IMG/VR virus record: IMGVR_UViG_3300030333_005663
Location: 1 to 56,405 of that record
DNA: 56,405 bases
Source: a virus
Taxonomy: Duplodnaviria > Caudoviricetes
Strand: one strand, 5' to 3'
Below are positions 10,892 through 20,480 of this stretch, in pieces; position 1 is the first letter of the stretch, and each line of letters begins with the position of its first letter. The notes below the pieces were generated by a model. It saw only the letters and a program-made list of their open reading frames with translations, did no database searches and was not told where the DNA came from. The position numbers and the translations under genes were made by a program.

Positions 10892-11065
10892 CTACTTCTT
10901 TTTACTTAATACAGCTTCTAATACTTCCATAACAGCATCAAATAAAGAATCAAATATTTCTTCTTCTTTAGCTTCTGATACTAATGGAATATTAACTTTC
11001 TTATTTATACCGTCTACTATTTCATCTTTATTAGACTTTAAATAAGTAATAATCATATCAACCAT
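10892..11065 (-). CDS. Small acidic helical protein (57 aa) in the lysis-like cluster
   Basis: MVDMIITYLKSNKDEIVDGINKKVNIPLVSEAKEEEIFDSLFDAVMEVLEAVLSKKK; AGGAG RBS; below the ORF-track cutoff. Confidence 0.7.
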   Translation of the reverse strand: MVDMIITYLKSNKDEIVDGINKKVNIPLVSEAKEEEIFDSLFDAVMEVLEAVLSKKK

Positions 11066-11082
11066 TGTTTTCTCCTAATTTA

Positions 11083-11150
11083 TGGTAAGCCCAAGGCGGG
11101 AGTATTTCATAGCAACTTAGAGCGGCAAATGAGCTACCCTGAGCTTACCA
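11083..11150 (-). promoter_or_regulatory. 14-bp closing stem with 40-nt interior, directly 5' of an RBS
   Basis: On the minus strand UGGUAAGCUCAGGG pairs with CCUUGGGCUUACCA (two G-U pairs); AGGAG follows 6 nt later. Confidence 0.5.
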
Positions 11151-11441
11151 ATTTCTTTCTTTACGTTTAACGAACTTCTCTTTTAGGCCATTACCGCTTA
11201 AACTGGCCATAATTTCAATAATTGCTGCTATCTTAGACTTAATCTCAGCTTGATTGATTTGCATCCCTTTTTGGGCATCTATAAGCTTAATAAGAATAGC
11301 TTCTAACCTTCCAAAAGACTCTCTTAGTTCTTTTTGCAATTCATCTTGTATGAATTTGTTTTGCTTCCAGATAAAAAATCCAAAAGCGATACTCATCGCA
11401 ACTGGAACACCAAAAGTCTCTATTACACTAAGAATATCCAT
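11145..11441 (-). CDS. Holin-like membrane protein
   Basis: One N-terminal TM helix (FGVPVAMSIAFGFFIW), a coiled coil and a basic tail; BhlA/UviB-like architecture. Confidence 0.55.
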   Translation of the reverse strand: MDILSVIETFGVPVAMSIAFGFFIWKQNKFIQDELQKELRESFGRLEAILIKLIDAQKGMQINQAEIKSKIAAIIEIMASLSGNGLKEKFVKRKERNW

Positions 11442-11575
11442 TATTTATTGTATTTATCCATTTGACGTTTTCTCTTAGCTTCTTTTGCTTTCTTATCTTT
11501 AAAATAAGTATAAGCAGAAGCAGCGTAAACTCCAACTATAAATGTTATTACTATTCCTATCATTACTGACATCAT
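11441..11575 (-). CDS. Small single-TM protein (44 aa)
   Basis: MMSVMIGIVITFIVGVYAASAYTYFKDKKAKEAKRKRQMDKYNK; overlaps both neighbours (ATGA and TAATG). Confidence 0.6.
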   Translation of the reverse strand: MMSVMIGIVITFIVGVYAASAYTYFKDKKAKEAKRKRQMDKYNK

Positions 11576-12351
11576 CCCTTAATTAATTCTCCCCATAAAG
11601 ATGCTTCTCCATTAATAATTTGTATTATATGCACAGTAAAGTGCCCTTTACCAAAAAAATCTACTATTGCAAACGCATGAGACCAATTATGATTCCTATA
11701 GTCTAACCATTCATTTGCCTCAGTACTCATATCCTTTAAACAGCCTATACTCCATGCTGACTTAGGGCCATCCATATGAGTTACTGAGTGCTGTTGTAAA
11801 TCATGCCAATGTCCGTACATTACATTACAACACATTTTCCGCAAATGATTAGCAGCGTGATATTGACCTCCATACTGATGTCCATGATAGAAATATAATT
11901 TTCCTATCTTTAAATGTTTTCCAAATGGATGATACTTATAACCTCTTTCATCCAATTTAACTGAATCTTTAAATAAATAATGCTTTAAATAAGGATACTT
12001 TTGAACAGCCATATTACACCAATTATCATGATTACCTTCTGTAATATGCTTTTCTTTGCATCCTGCTTTATCTAAGGACTCATCTATCATATCCATACCT
12101 GCATTTACATCTTTGACATCTTTGTCAAAATCAGGTATTAGATACTCTAAAGGAGGAGCTATCCTTCTTTTATACTTCCAATGTGAAAAAGCTGCCCATT
12201 CACCTACATCACCTAAATCGACATAAGCATCTGGCTTTACTATCTCTATCGTCTTTTTTAATACATTTATTGCATCTTGTGCATGAAACGGAAAATGCTT
12301 GTCTGGCGTGACAATCACTCGTTTTACTACTCCACCATCTTGTTTTGGCAT
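11572..12351 (-). CDS. Calcineurin-like metallophosphoesterase
   Basis: All five motifs present: PDKH, LGD, EGNHD, YHGH, GHWH. Confidence 0.9.
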   Translation of the reverse strand: MPKQDGGVVKRVIVTPDKHFPFHAQDAINVLKKTIEIVKPDAYVDLGDVGEWAAFSHWKYKRRIAPPLEYLIPDFDKDVKDVNAGMDMIDESLDKAGCKEKHITEGNHDNWCNMAVQKYPYLKHYLFKDSVKLDERGYKYHPFGKHLKIGKLYFYHGHQYGGQYHAANHLRKMCCNVMYGHWHDLQQHSVTHMDGPKSAWSIGCLKDMSTEANEWLDYRNHNWSHAFAIVDFFGKGHFTVHIIQIINGEASLWGELIKG

Positions 12352-12363
12352 ATATATCTCCCA

Positions 12364-12684
12364 TTAATTATACTCACTTTTTGGGGTTGCTCCCCAATCG
12401 CTAGGATTAGTCCATAATCCAGAAACTTCTTTTAATAAAGTTTCCATTCTGTCTAAATCATATTTAGCAAATCTAGATTCACATCTACGACATTCCCATA
12501 TAATAGGTTCTGGCACAGATCCTAATACCTCATAAGAACGAAATCTAACAGAATGACAAGTTGGGCACTTCTTAGGTTTCTCTTGAAAGATAAATTTTTT
12601 ACTCAGCCCTACTCCTTCACAAAGCGTAGAAGCTTCATCTTCTACTATTAGGTCAACCGCTATAGCCATTGCATCTTTATTCAT
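12364..12684 (-). CDS. Zinc-ribbon protein
   Basis: CPTC...CRRC. Confidence 0.65.
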   Translation of the reverse strand: MNKDAMAIAVDLIVEDEASTLCEGVGLSKKFIFQEKPKKCPTCHSVRFRSYEVLGSVPEPIIWECRRCESRFAKYDLDRMETLLKEVSGLWTNPSDWGATPKSEYN

Positions 12685-12877
12685 ACTTAAACCATCCTAA
12701 CACAGCTGTTATTATAGCTATTGTTAAAGTGCCAAACCCTTTTATAAAAGCAATTGAAGACTCATTCTTCCTTACTCTTCCATTAATTCTATCTAATTTA
12801 GCAGCATTATCATCTACTCTTTCTTTAATATACATTAAATGCTGTTCCACTAATTTTCTATGGTCTTCAGTTTTCAA
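12677..12877 (-). CDS. Small coiled-coil protein with a C-terminal TM helix (holin/XhlA-like)
   Basis: LDRINGRVRKNE coiled coil followed by GFGTLTIAIITAVLGW. Confidence 0.55.
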   Translation of the reverse strand: MKTEDHRKLVEQHLMYIKERVDDNAAKLDRINGRVRKNESSIAFIKGFGTLTIAIITAVLGWFKYE

Positions 12878-13052
12878 GACTATTCACCTTATCTACCAAC
12901 TCGTTAATTTTATTTATAAGCAAATCCCACATATCTTGTTCTTTTTTTCTAGTTACACTCATATCTACTTCTGTAATTACTTCTGATGGAACTTCCTTTT
13001 TAGCTATTTGCTTATAAGTATCTGAGGTTTTCCCAATTTTATTAATAGCCAT
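12867..13052 (-). CDS. Hypothetical protein (start revised to MAINKIGK)
   Basis: ATG at 13052 overlaps the upstream stop (TAATG); LINKINELVDKVN segment. Confidence 0.6.
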   Translation of the reverse strand: MAINKIGKTSDTYKQIAKKEVPSEVITEVDMSVTRKKEQDMWDLLINKINELVDKVNSLEN

Positions 13053-14785
13053 TATCCTGCACCTCCTATAATAGAAGCAGAGCAATATACTTGAGATATT
13101 GCAGGAGTAGTTACATGGTCAATATCACTATCATCTCCTAACCATCTCCATATTATCACAACTGGATTCCCTGCATATTGCATTGTCTTGTCAATTGGTA
13201 TAGTAAAATTAAAAGCTCTTTCATTTCCATCAAGCCATGAACTATCTTCATATATCTCTTGACTACTTCCTAATTTTTGTAAGGCAATTAAAGAAGCTGA
13301 TTGAAGTTGACCTGTATCAAAAGCTGAAGTACTGGTTATTGTTTTATTAGCTTCATCTACAATATCTGGTATAGATGAGCCAGAAGTGAATTTGCAAGTA
13401 CCACCATAAGCATCAAGCCTAAATGGAATATCTTGCTGGTCACTATTAATACTAGTATCAGTTACTATCCTAACCAATATTTCTTGTATATGTGTATTAT
13501 CAGTTGCTGTTATATAAGGCAACTTATATATATTTGTTTCATTTCCTAGGTACAAATATTCATCAGTATCAAACTCAGAAACCCCTGGAGTAAAAGCTTC
13601 GTCATAATTTCCCGACGATAAATACGATGTACCATCATATATAATCTTTGAATTTTGCTCGTCAACTTTATGAGAATCTAATTGATCAGTTAAAGTTATT
13701 TGAGCATAAGTTCCACTACTAACATCATTAGCAACAGAGATATCAGAGCCAAAAGCATTAGCATGTTCCATAGCTGCTTTTAAATTATCTCCAAAATCAG
13801 AAGCTCTAGAGAAAGCAGTTCCACCAGTTTCTATTCTAACCGCTATAGCAGCCCCACCATCAAGAGAATCTCCATTAGAACCTGAGGTTGTACCCCTGAA
13901 AGCAAATTCTTTCGTAAGAGCTGAATTTGTGTAAGGTATCCTTACTACTATATGATCGTTCTCAGACATAGAATCAGTCATTCTAATAGATGCTGTTGAT
14001 TTGGTATTAGGAGATGAAGTGCCTAATGCTTTAGCGCTATTTTTATAAAATTGAGACAAAAGAAGCCCAGGGGCATCAGACCAATCTCCTCCAACCGCAA
14101 ATATAGAGCCTAATCTAATTCTATCGCTTCCACTAGTAAACCACCCTGATTGTATCTTAAAATCTTTCTGCATTTGCCATAAAACATCCTTCTCCCTGCA
14201 AAACTCTGAAGCTTCTGCTAATCTGCTTACCATTTCATTGTCAGCTCTATTTTTAACACTTGTACCCGTATGCGTTGTATCTAAGAGCCTTCCTCCAGAG
14301 AAAGAAGCAGGAGGGTTAACACTACAAGAATCATTAAAATTGGAAGCCACTGTAATATCTGTATTCCCATTGTCACCTCCTATTAATTCTTTATTCCAAA
14401 TATCTACTATACCAACACCCCTCACATTTGCTTGACAATGCCAATGAGAAGGCAAGGCATCTTTGAAATTTTGAGCAAAGCTAAAAGCATCAACTCCAGA
14501 ATCTACGGACAAATTAGTATTTCCTCCGCCTATAGCAGCTCCATTATTACTTGAAGTAGTTTGTACCTCTAAAGTAACAGCCGTAAGTCCAGTAGACAAT
14601 TGTATAGTACCTCCATTGGTTCCTGCTCCACTGGCAGTAAAAGAAGCATGTGGAAGGTATCCATCCTTATTCTCTGTTTGTTTAACAATATAACCTTCTA
14701 TATCAGTATCATTAGGAATAAGAGCAAAGTTGGATCCAATCCCTTTAACTGATGCTATTATATTCTTATTTAATAACTTTCCCAT
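13052..14785 (-). CDS. Tail fibre/spike-like structural protein
   Basis: 577 aa, G/S/T/N-rich beta-type composition; in the tail cluster. Confidence 0.5.
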   Translation of the reverse strand: MGKLLNKNIIASVKGIGSNFALIPNDTDIEGYIVKQTENKDGYLPHASFTASGAGTNGGTIQLSTGLTAVTLEVQTTSSNNGAAIGGGNTNLSVDSGVDAFSFAQNFKDALPSHWHCQANVRGVGIVDIWNKELIGGDNGNTDITVASNFNDSCSVNPPASFSGGRLLDTTHTGTSVKNRADNEMVSRLAEASEFCREKDVLWQMQKDFKIQSGWFTSGSDRIRLGSIFAVGGDWSDAPGLLLSQFYKNSAKALGTSSPNTKSTASIRMTDSMSENDHIVVRIPYTNSALTKEFAFRGTTSGSNGDSLDGGAAIAVRIETGGTAFSRASDFGDNLKAAMEHANAFGSDISVANDVSSGTYAQITLTDQLDSHKVDEQNSKIIYDGTSYLSSGNYDEAFTPGVSEFDTDEYLYLGNETNIYKLPYITATDNTHIQEILVRIVTDTSINSDQQDIPFRLDAYGGTCKFTSGSSIPDIVDEANKTITSTSAFDTGQLQSASLIALQKLGSSQEIYEDSSWLDGNERAFNFTIPIDKTMQYAGNPVVIIWRWLGDDSDIDHVTTPAISQVYCSASIIGGAG

Positions 14786-14793
14786 ATTCTCCC

Positions 14794-15660
14794 TTAAGCT
14801 GGTCTAATAGTTATTTGCAATTTAATCTGACAGTTTCCAATAAAATATTGATTATTTGATGAATCATTATTGCCAACACTTAATGTCCATCTTTTAAATA
14901 TCTGAGGGATTACTATAGTATTACTATTAAAAGATGGCATACTACTTGTATGAAAATTATTTGCATTCCCGCTTATCAAAACACCTTCTCCAGCTGGATT
15001 TCCAGATATATATCCTGAAGTAATAGTATTTCCACCCTCTGTAGTTGCTGTATTTACCAATGCATTATCATGACTATGAATCTTTATAGCGTTAGTTTCA
15101 TTATAAGTTTCAACATTAGTACCAGCTATATTGGATTGCTGTAGTAAATGCTCCATAGATATATCATCTGCATCATTTGTATAATAATCACCCATTTCTT
15201 CCTGCATTTGCACATCTTGTTCTACATATAAAGAAGAGCCAAGATCTGCATAAATAAAGTCTAAATACCAACTCTGCTTTATAAATGGGTAAGTCATTGT
15301 AACACTTGTGCTTATTCCTGGAATCCACATCTTCCAATTAACACTACTAATTTTCCAATTAGAATCTTTATATGGATTTAACATTCCCTTCTCAAGCATC
15401 GCAGTACAAAATCTTGGCTTCCAATGAGTCAAAGTATTGTTCTTTTTAGTAGGGGTAACATTTTGCCATCCATCAGTTGTAGGGAAGTAAGATGCTACGC
15501 AATAATTTCCCGCATCTGTAGTTAAGTTGTTATTACAATTATATACACCTAAAAATGGATATACCACTGGAGGAGATATACTTACGACTGTAATGCTTTG
15601 TTCTCCTACATAATTATAAATATCATCTGTAGTGATTAATTGTTTCCAACCCACGCTCAC
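14794..15660 (-). CDS. Tail fibre-associated protein
   Basis: 288 aa, GTG start, N-terminal GWKQL motif shared with neighbours. Confidence 0.5.
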   Translation of the reverse strand: MSVGWKQLITTDDIYNYVGEQSITVVSISPPVVYPFLGVYNCNNNLTTDAGNYCVASYFPTTDGWQNVTPTKKNNTLTHWKPRFCTAMLEKGMLNPYKDSNWKISSVNWKMWIPGISTSVTMTYPFIKQSWYLDFIYADLGSSLYVEQDVQMQEEMGDYYTNDADDISMEHLLQQSNIAGTNVETYNETNAIKIHSHDNALVNTATTEGGNTITSGYISGNPAGEGVLISGNANNFHTSSMPSFNSNTIVIPQIFKRWTLSVGNNDSSNNQYFIGNCQIKLQITIRPA

Positions 15661-15809
15661 TTATCGCCTTCTTCTTTTTTTATTAACGTAGAGATGTGCT
15701 TATCTAACTTGCATAACATATCATAAACCATCTTTGAATCTTTCCCTAAAAATGTACTTTTCTCTAGCATGAGAAATAGCATTTGACCTTCTTCTTTAGT
15801 TATTTGCAT
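15657..15809 (-). CDS. Small helical protein (50 aa), possible fibre assembly chaperone
   Basis: MQITKEEGQMLFLMLEKSTFLGKDSKMVYDMLCKLDKHISTLIKKEEGDK; AAGGAG RBS; not in the ORF track. Confidence 0.65.
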   Translation of the reverse strand: MQITKEEGQMLFLMLEKSTFLGKDSKMVYDMLCKLDKHISTLIKKEEGDK

Positions 15810-15945
15810 GTTTTAACTCCTTTAACATTTTTTGTAACTTATCAAACGTTCTGACTGCTTTTTCTAAATCCACTCCATGAATATTCTTGCTCTCCACTAT
15901 TGTTTTGAGCAAGAATATTAACTCATCTTCAGTTAGCTTATCCAA
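15796..15945 (-). CDS. Small helical protein (49 aa), likely paralogue of 15657..15809
   Basis: TTG start; MDKLTEDELIFLLKTIVESKNIHGVDLEKAVRTFDKLQKMLKELKHANN; fills the intergenic gap. Confidence 0.55.
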   Translation of the reverse strand: MDKLTEDELIFLLKTIVESKNIHGVDLEKAVRTFDKLQKMLKELKHANN

Positions 15946-15950
15946 TATTA

Positions 15951-18476
15951 CTAGTTACCTGGTGGCATATAAACAAATATTCTATCTTTACCTGCTCCCA
16001 TAACTTCTCCATTAGCTTCACCATTTTCATAATATCCTTTATCAGCTATATGCCCAGCTACGGCTATAACGTGTCCGCCTCCCTCAGGTACCATGTCGAA
16101 CCAAGCATTTAATATACTAGTACTTAACGCCATTGTGCCTTCATCCGCAGCATCACCAGATATGTCCTTTCTTAAAAAAGCATCAGATTGCGCCCATAAA
16201 GAAACCCAATTATTAAATGTGAACCCACCAGTCGTTGTTGGAAAGCTCATTCCTTGCCACAACGCCGAGCCACTAATGCCCCACGCATCACCATCGTTAT
16301 GCCAACCAAGGTACTCAAATTGAGAAACACAACCTTCCATTGTTTTATCAGCTTCAACTCCACCTGTTACTTGAAAAACAAATTCATCGTCTATAGCTAC
16401 TTCATCAGCCATCGTAGAACCAACTTGACCTGTCTCAAGAAACATTTTAGCATTAGGCTGACTACTTGCGTTTTGAATTGCAATCATATAATCAGTTGGA
16501 CCAGCAGAATCAATATCTATCATCATTTGACCATCAGTATCTCCTATAGCTGTTAAGCCGTTTACATAATCTATATGTTGCTCTACAGCTGTCAAATCAG
16601 TATCAGCCCCGTAAGCAGATGATGAGAGATTGAACGTTACAGTCTGAGCATTTGAATTGTCAACTACAAACTTAGAATTAGTTGGATTATCTACTGTTGG
16701 ATTAGCTAAAGGATTCCCAGAGAATCCAGTTCCCGTATCATGCAACTGACATCTTCTTAGGTTTTTAAATCTAAATTGCAATCTATTGTTAGAAGTGTTC
16801 ATAGTACTCGGGTTTATCGTACCTCCACAAGTAGTTCCACCACCAGCATTAGCTACTTTTATTATAAAAAATCTACCTAGAACCTGCCAATCTAATGTAG
16901 TTGAGTTTATATCTACAACACCCCCTTCGTTACCAAAAGGAAGGTTCCCAGGGTCATCGAAGCATCTATTGTTCCCCTCATCTGCATCTGGATTACTCCA
17001 CATTTTAAGTGTAGTACCTGTTCCACCTCCTTCAGCCTGTGGAAACCATGCAGAGTTCTGATTAGCATAGAAAAATGGATAACAATATTTAGTATAAACT
17101 TGTACCTCTGACCCTGAAGGTGCAGTTTCATCTACAGTTAGCCAAAAAGTACCAGCAGGGCCTCTGTGGCCTGATAAATTATCAGTATCAAGCTCAGTTC
17201 CAGAAGAAGTAGTATGCGAATATGCTAATCCTACTACTTTTTGCTTGTCAGCAATAGAACCAGAATACATATCTTGGTAAGTCTTTCTTATAAGAGATAA
17301 TTTATCGGAACTCCATATAGCTCTTCTTGCTCCACCTGGGTATGGATGAGTCATCCTATTATTTGAATTTGTTGAACTGTAGAACTCTCCTTTAGTCCAA
17401 TGAACCAGAGAATCGTAATTCTGGTCACTCGTATTACTACCTATAGTTGTTCCACCACCAGGAGAGCCTCCTAGTTGATAATACCAATCACCAGAATCAA
17501 CTAAAGATGTACCGTCATTAGTCTGAGGCTGAGTACTATTTTGATATGCCCTAAAGAAAGAGTATACATACCAAGTATCACCAGCACTAGATGTAAAAGA
17601 TTGCATAAATTGTTCTGGTCCTAAATAAACAATTCCATCTATATCATCATTTGCATATGTTTGAGTTTCATCTATTCTTGTTACTTGTGGACCTTTTTCG
17701 CCTATTTCTATATATCTTTCATCGTGATGATGATTTGGTTTACCTGCATCCTCTCCAGTTTGTATTAAACAAGGTCCATATATACTAGACATGGAGCCAG
17801 ATGCATATCCTATGCATGGTCCATGATCCAGTAAGCCTGTAGCAGTCCTAGCGCTATCAGGCATAATTCCACTCTCTATATAAAGAACTTTATTTCTAGG
17901 GTATATAGTTATTTGATTATTCCCTTCCGAGTTAGGGCCACTATCATGTATATCCCAAGCCATCGTACCACTTCCATAACTAGAAGGTGCTCCAAAATTA
18001 TCCGAATTATCTCCGTCACACGAATCTTTAAATCTTTGAGTTTGACCAGATCCTACCCAGGCATGAGCATGGGCACCAGCATTGCCAGCATGGCAATTTC
18101 GAGTTATTGGGAAACTCCACTTTCCTGTAACACTATAAGTGTTTGAAGGATGATCTGAGGTGAAATTTCCACCAGTTAATAAAGCATCCGTACCATTTGT
18201 AGTTAATCCCATATTTAAAACACCGTAATTAAAGCCGCCAGCATTTTTTATTCTCGCTCCATGAGTTCCCCAGTCAGACTCACTTATCCATGGAGTGTGC
18301 TGCCACATCATTGTGCCTCGTTCCCAATTTGTGGTTATTTGATGACCTTGAACCGTACCAGTAATTCCTCCATCCATTAAGGTATGATTTGCAACAGTTT
18401 TTGATACACCCGCCCAATCATCAAAAGTGGATGTCCCACTTACACCAACATTACTTACTAATTGCTTCCAACCCAT
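15951..18476 (-). CDS. Tail fibre / receptor-binding protein
   Basis: 841 aa, G/S/T/D/N-rich, N-terminal MGWKQL. Confidence 0.55.
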   Translation of the reverse strand: MGWKQLVSNVGVSGTSTFDDWAGVSKTVANHTLMDGGITGTVQGHQITTNWERGTMMWQHTPWISESDWGTHGARIKNAGGFNYGVLNMGLTTNGTDALLTGGNFTSDHPSNTYSVTGKWSFPITRNCHAGNAGAHAHAWVGSGQTQRFKDSCDGDNSDNFGAPSSYGSGTMAWDIHDSGPNSEGNNQITIYPRNKVLYIESGIMPDSARTATGLLDHGPCIGYASGSMSSIYGPCLIQTGEDAGKPNHHHDERYIEIGEKGPQVTRIDETQTYANDDIDGIVYLGPEQFMQSFTSSAGDTWYVYSFFRAYQNSTQPQTNDGTSLVDSGDWYYQLGGSPGGGTTIGSNTSDQNYDSLVHWTKGEFYSSTNSNNRMTHPYPGGARRAIWSSDKLSLIRKTYQDMYSGSIADKQKVVGLAYSHTTSSGTELDTDNLSGHRGPAGTFWLTVDETAPSGSEVQVYTKYCYPFFYANQNSAWFPQAEGGGTGTTLKMWSNPDADEGNNRCFDDPGNLPFGNEGGVVDINSTTLDWQVLGRFFIIKVANAGGGTTCGGTINPSTMNTSNNRLQFRFKNLRRCQLHDTGTGFSGNPLANPTVDNPTNSKFVVDNSNAQTVTFNLSSSAYGADTDLTAVEQHIDYVNGLTAIGDTDGQMMIDIDSAGPTDYMIAIQNASSQPNAKMFLETGQVGSTMADEVAIDDEFVFQVTGGVEADKTMEGCVSQFEYLGWHNDGDAWGISGSALWQGMSFPTTTGGFTFNNWVSLWAQSDAFLRKDISGDAADEGTMALSTSILNAWFDMVPEGGGHVIAVAGHIADKGYYENGEANGEVMGAGKDRIFVYMPPGN

Positions 18477-18485
18477 TATTTCCCC

Positions 18486-19211
18486 CTAACTAGTCTTTAC
18501 AGACATATATAAATTGCCAGAAGAGTCTTGCGCCCATACGCCTGCATGTTCAACACCAGCCGCTGTCGGATTGTCCGATGGGGTAATAGTTGTTTGGCAA
18601 TATGTTTGTATTACTCTTTGAGTTTGTTCATATTTCCCTACAGTCCAGCCTGCGCCTCCTCCATAAATGGAATTACTCCATAAGACACATGGGTCACCTG
18701 CTTCTGGCGAACCATTGTTATCGCCATCTGCATCAATTATCCAGCCACAATTATGGCCATTATTAGAAGCTCCATTTCCCAGAACTCCATTATTTACTGC
18801 TGTAGCAGTTATTTCTCCCACGTTTGCGAAAGCTACACTACCAGTAACCTCTAATGCCCCATCTACATGAAAACTACCTACCATAGTTTGAGTATCTTCC
18901 GATGTTATATTTAAATAGTCTTCATCATGATTATGAGACTCTGATATTCGCAGCCACTGCCAACCCCCAGTTCCATCACTTACAATCATTTTCCCAGCTT
19001 CATTTCCTGGGGAAGGAGACCATTCTGCTCCCTGATTCCCCATCATTAATATACTACCCATTGAACCACCTGACAAATCGGCTCCTGTACCGCCATCTGC
19101 AAGTTCTACGTTCCCTTCAATACCACCATAAGCAATACCTGTTATAGAACCTTCTATTCTATTTGGTTCTGCTGCGCTATATGTGGCTAGCTTTTTCCAT
19201 GTTGTTGCCAT
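18486..19211 (-). CDS. Tail fibre-like protein
   Basis: LADGGTGA and GKMIVSDGTGGWQW fibre motifs, HNHDEDY knot-like motif, N-terminal WKKL. Confidence 0.6.
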   Translation of the reverse strand: MATTWKKLATYSAAEPNRIEGSITGIAYGGIEGNVELADGGTGADLSGGSMGSILMMGNQGAEWSPSPGNEAGKMIVSDGTGGWQWLRISESHNHDEDYLNITSEDTQTMVGSFHVDGALEVTGSVAFANVGEITATAVNNGVLGNGASNNGHNCGWIIDADGDNNGSPEAGDPCVLWSNSIYGGGAGWTVGKYEQTQRVIQTYCQTTITPSDNPTAAGVEHAGVWAQDSSGNLYMSVKTS

Positions 19212-19219
19212 ACTTCCTC

Positions 19220-19714
19220 CTAGTTTGCAGCCTTAATAGCTGTTAATTTAGTTGTTACATTATCTAGATTTACATTGTACCTACCTGCCCTTATTCTATT
19301 CAAACGATTATTCGCACCTTCTTTCTCTCTTACTATGCCAATTTTATAAGCACAATATTCTTCTAAAGTTTCCTTAACATCAGCAGCTAGTGTACCGCCA
19401 GATAAGTTCCATACATATCCATTATATACTATAAATGGAATTGCCTTCGTGAAAAACATAGCAAAAGAACCAGGTTTCTCCATCCATCTTCTTAATTGAG
19501 GATGAAGCTGACTTAGCTCTGCATTACTCTCAGCAATTGTTTTTTGCATTGTATCGTGCAAAGTTTTGTCACTTGTAAGAAGATCGTTTATAACGTGATT
19601 GACAGACTCTTTTAAAAAAACCATTTTGTCCGAACCACTAATCTTCTTAAGTTCCAATGGGGAAACTTTCGCCTTCCTTGCACCTGCTCTTAATATATTC
19701 CCTTTTAATGACAT
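19220..19714 (-). CDS. Hypothetical protein
   Basis: 164-aa ORF in the structural operon with a GGAGG RBS. Confidence 0.6.
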   Translation of the reverse strand: MSLKGNILRAGARKAKVSPLELKKISGSDKMVFLKESVNHVINDLLTSDKTLHDTMQKTIAESNAELSQLHPQLRRWMEKPGSFAMFFTKAIPFIVYNGYVWNLSGGTLAADVKETLEEYCAYKIGIVREKEGANNRLNRIRAGRYNVNLDNVTTKLTAIKAAN

Positions 19715-19722
19715 AAAGCCTC

Positions 19723-20085
19723 CTAATTTCTAATATACATCCCTCTTGCAGTTAAAGCAACATTACCCATAAAATTATGCATCTCATTATAATCTGCCTC
19801 ACCAATATAGAGAGTTTTATCTTTTTTTAATTCTAATAAACTATGATTTGTTAAGTTGTTTTTAAATTCCAATGATTGTTGATCATTACTAATCCCTATA
19901 GAGAAGTCAGTATGATATCCAAAGTAAATATCTCTTTCATCTCCAATAAATACATTTAAATCTAAATCTGTTATAGAAGATATCATACTTCCTGCGATAT
20001 TCACTGTTTCTTCAGTTAAGCCTGGTATCGTAACGCCATGGTCTCCTGCCATTGGATTATTAACCGATTGTGGTAAAATAGGCAT
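19723..20085 (-). CDS. Hypothetical structural protein
   Basis: 120-aa ORF with an AGGAGG RBS. Confidence 0.6.
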   Translation of the reverse strand: MPILPQSVNNPMAGDHGVTIPGLTEETVNIAGSMISSITDLDLNVFIGDERDIYFGYHTDFSIGISNDQQSLEFKNNLTNHSLLELKKDKTLYIGEADYNEMHNFMGNVALTARGMYIRN

Positions 20086-20093
20086 ATATCCTC

Positions 20094-20480
20094 CTAAAAA
20101 TCTACTGGCGTAATAATACCGCCAGATGTGTGTTGCCTTCTTGCATATTTCTTTCCTTCCTTAATCATCCTAGCAAACATATTATCAAATTGTTGTGCTA
20201 GTTGAGGGTTTAAGTTTTGGGGAGACAAATAACCCATTGCTATAACCCTATAAGCAAGAGCCTCGTGAAATTGTGGAGGTATCTCGCTCTGCTCTGTTAA
20301 ATCAGTTGTAAAATCATTAGCTCTTCTAGTTACAAGAAATCCAGCCTTTAAACCAGCGCTTGCGCCAGAAGGAGGAACTAAACAGCTTAAATCCTCACCT
20401 TTGGCATATTCCATAATGCCTACACGCTCACGTTCTACCCACCATACATAGTTTGCTGGTAATTTACTTTGAAAACTCAT
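20094..20480 (-). CDS. Head-tail adaptor/ring protein, C-terminal-like half
   Basis: SEIPPQFHEALAYRVIAMGY motif typical of podovirus adaptor C-termini. Confidence 0.55.
   Translation of the reverse strand: MSFQSKLPANYVWWVERERVGIMEYAKGEDLSCLVPPSGASAGLKAGFLVTRRANDFTTDLTEQSEIPPQFHEALAYRVIAMGYLSPQNLNPQLAQQFDNMFARMIKEGKKYARRQHTSGGIITPVDF

Noticed and set aside
13052-19211. Diversity-generating retroelement or invertible fibre cassette
   Set aside because: No reverse transcriptase, recombinase or template/variable repeat pair was visible
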